From contig JAQVJE010000003.1 in NCBI GenBank assembly GCA_028695325.1, positions 1-54,163 on the forward strand: a stretch of 54,163 nucleotides of DNA, written 5' to 3'. Positions within the stretch are counted from its first letter, which is position 1. Every line of letters starts with the position of its first letter. This DNA is from Gallionellaceae bacterium. GTDB lineage: Bacteria > Pseudomonadota > Gammaproteobacteria > Burkholderiales > Thiobacillaceae. Position numbers and translations under genes: made by a program. Of the stretch, positions 52,170-54,163 are shown piece after piece. The notes below the pieces were generated by a model. The model was not told the DNA's origin, did not search any database, and saw only the letters and a program-made list of their open reading frames with translations.

Positions 52170-53084
<915 letters not shown>

Positions 53085-53087
53085 GCA

Positions 53088-53209
53088 GCGTGACAAGAAA
53101 GGCGTGACGAATGAGGCGTGACGACGACAGCGTGACAGGGGGCGGGACGAGGATTTTGCGTCAGGCCTTTCTGGTCACGCCGTTCACGTCACGTTTTTCC
53201 CGTCACGCC
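53088..53209. repeat. GGCGTGAC/GTCACGCC tandem-repeat inverted array (~14 bp period), copy 4
   Basis: GCGTGAC units from 53088 to ~53148, followed by GTCAGGCC/GTCACGCC/GTCACG/GTCACGCC up to 53209. Confidence 0.85.
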
Positions 53210-53779
53210 GTTTTCCTCCTCTGCCTGCTGCCCCTGGCGCGCCTGATCGTGCTTGGCTTCAGTGGCGGCCTGGGCGCCAACCCGATCGAGTTCGTTACCC
53301 GCTCGCTGGGTACCTGGACGCTGAGCTTCCTGCTTATCACCTTGACCATCACCCCGTTGCGCCGCCTGACCGGCCAGGGCCACTGGCTGCGCTACCGGCG
53401 CATGCTCGGTCTGTTCGCCTTTTTCTACGGCGTCCTGCACCTCACCAGCTACCTGTGGCTGGACCAGTTCTTCGACTGGATGGAGATATTGAAGGACATC
53501 TACAAACGGCCTTTCATCACCGTTGGCATGACAGCCTTCCTGCTCCTGGTGCCCCTGGCGGCGACCTCGAACGACCGCGCCGTGCGGGCGCTGAAGCGCA
53601 ACTGGAAGCGCCTGCACCGCCTGGTCTACCTGGCCGCCATCCTCGGTGTGCTGCACTACTGGTGGTTGGTCAAGCTGGACGTCACCCAGCCGGCCGTCTA
53701 TGCCGCGGTGTTGGTCGTGCTGCTCGGCTTGCGGCTGTGGTGGCGGTGGCAGGTGGGCCATCCGCGCGGCAGGGGATGA
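53111..53779 (+). CDS. msrQ: Protein-methionine-sulfoxide reductase heme-binding membrane subunit
   Basis: LGANPIE, TLTITPLR, RRMLGLFAFFY..LH, KRPFITVG, WKRLHRLVY. Start uncertain. Confidence 0.93.
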   Translation: MRRDDDSVTGGGTRILRQAFLVTPFTSRFSRHAVFLLCLLPLARLIVLGFSGGLGANPIEFVTRSLGTWTLSFLLITLTITPLRRLTGQGHWLRYRRMLGLFAFFYGVLHLTSYLWLDQFFDWMEILKDIYKRPFITVGMTAFLLLVPLAATSNDRAVRALKRNWKRLHRLVYLAAILGVLHYWWLVKLDVTQPAVYAAVLVVLLGLRLWWRWQVGHPRGRG

Positions 53780-54034
53780 AACAATTGGTGGCGGTGGCCT
53801 CCATCCCCATGGCGGCCGCTGCCCCCGCCGCGCGCCGTGACCGTAGAACGGGAAGGTGAACTCGTTCGCGGTCCGGAAGGCGAAACGCGGCAGAGGCAGG
53901 TCTCTTCCATCACGGTGGCAAAGGCCTGGTCGAGGTGCCCGATGGTTGGTCGCTTCATGGCGCAGGAGCAGCGCTGCAGCGGCCGGGCGGGCCAGGCACC
54001 ATGAGGGTGCGGCGGCCCGCCGGCGACGGCAACG

Positions 54035-54066
54035 AAAAAAGCCCGACCGGTGAGGGACGGGCTTTT
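54035..54066 (-). terminator. Intrinsic terminator, possibly bidirectional
   Basis: AAAAAAGCCCG...CGGGCTTTT stem-loop. U6 tail on the minus strand downstream of the last gene. Confidence 0.8.
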
Positions 54067-54088
54067 CAATGCAACGTGAGCGTGGTGC

Positions 54089-54163
54089 TCAGGCCTTCTT
54101 CGCGGCGGCGGCCTTGGGAGCAGCGGCCTTCTTGGCGGCGGGTTTGGCGGCGGTGGCCTTGGG
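54089..54163 (-). CDS. C-terminus of an Ala/Lys/Pro-rich-tailed protein (partial)
   Basis: PKATAAKPAAKKAAAPKAAAAKKA* followed by a terminator. Confidence 0.7.
   Translation of the reverse strand, partial: PKATAAKPAAKKAAAPKAAAAKKA

Noticed and set aside
53780-54030. Possible small ORF or gene remnant between msrQ and the terminator (MKRPTIGHLDQAF...)
   Set aside because: No recognisable motif, and the frame overlaps the msrQ end. It cannot be supported without a search.

Overview
GC-rich bacterial chromosomal window. Gene content and order (proS, rppH, mrp-dcd, secA-dciA, ubiJB, hda, yaeQ, msrPQ) suggest a betaproteobacterium; this is inference. Most of the window is housekeeping, transport and redox genes, including an ovoA plus PLP C-S lyase pair (probable ovothiol synthesis), potABCD with a frameshifted potA, and an RND pump. 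The standout is a ~12.5 kb, seven-gene, tightly coupled minus-strand operon (16892-29398). It encodes only signal-peptide proteins that I cannot assign to a named family: four full-length paralogues of one ~580-700 aa architecture, a shorter related protein, a related protein with a PAN/Apple domain, and an HExxH metallopeptidase. It is a candidate undescribed multi-subunit secreted complex, possibly a protease-activated pore-former. Also present: four dispersed GTGAC/GTCAC tandem-repeat hairpins (one apparently translated within MsrQ), a duplicated phhB 3' end with a hairpin, and a small RNA-binding/wHTH cluster. I saw no rRNA, tRNA, CRISPR array, integrase or transposase.
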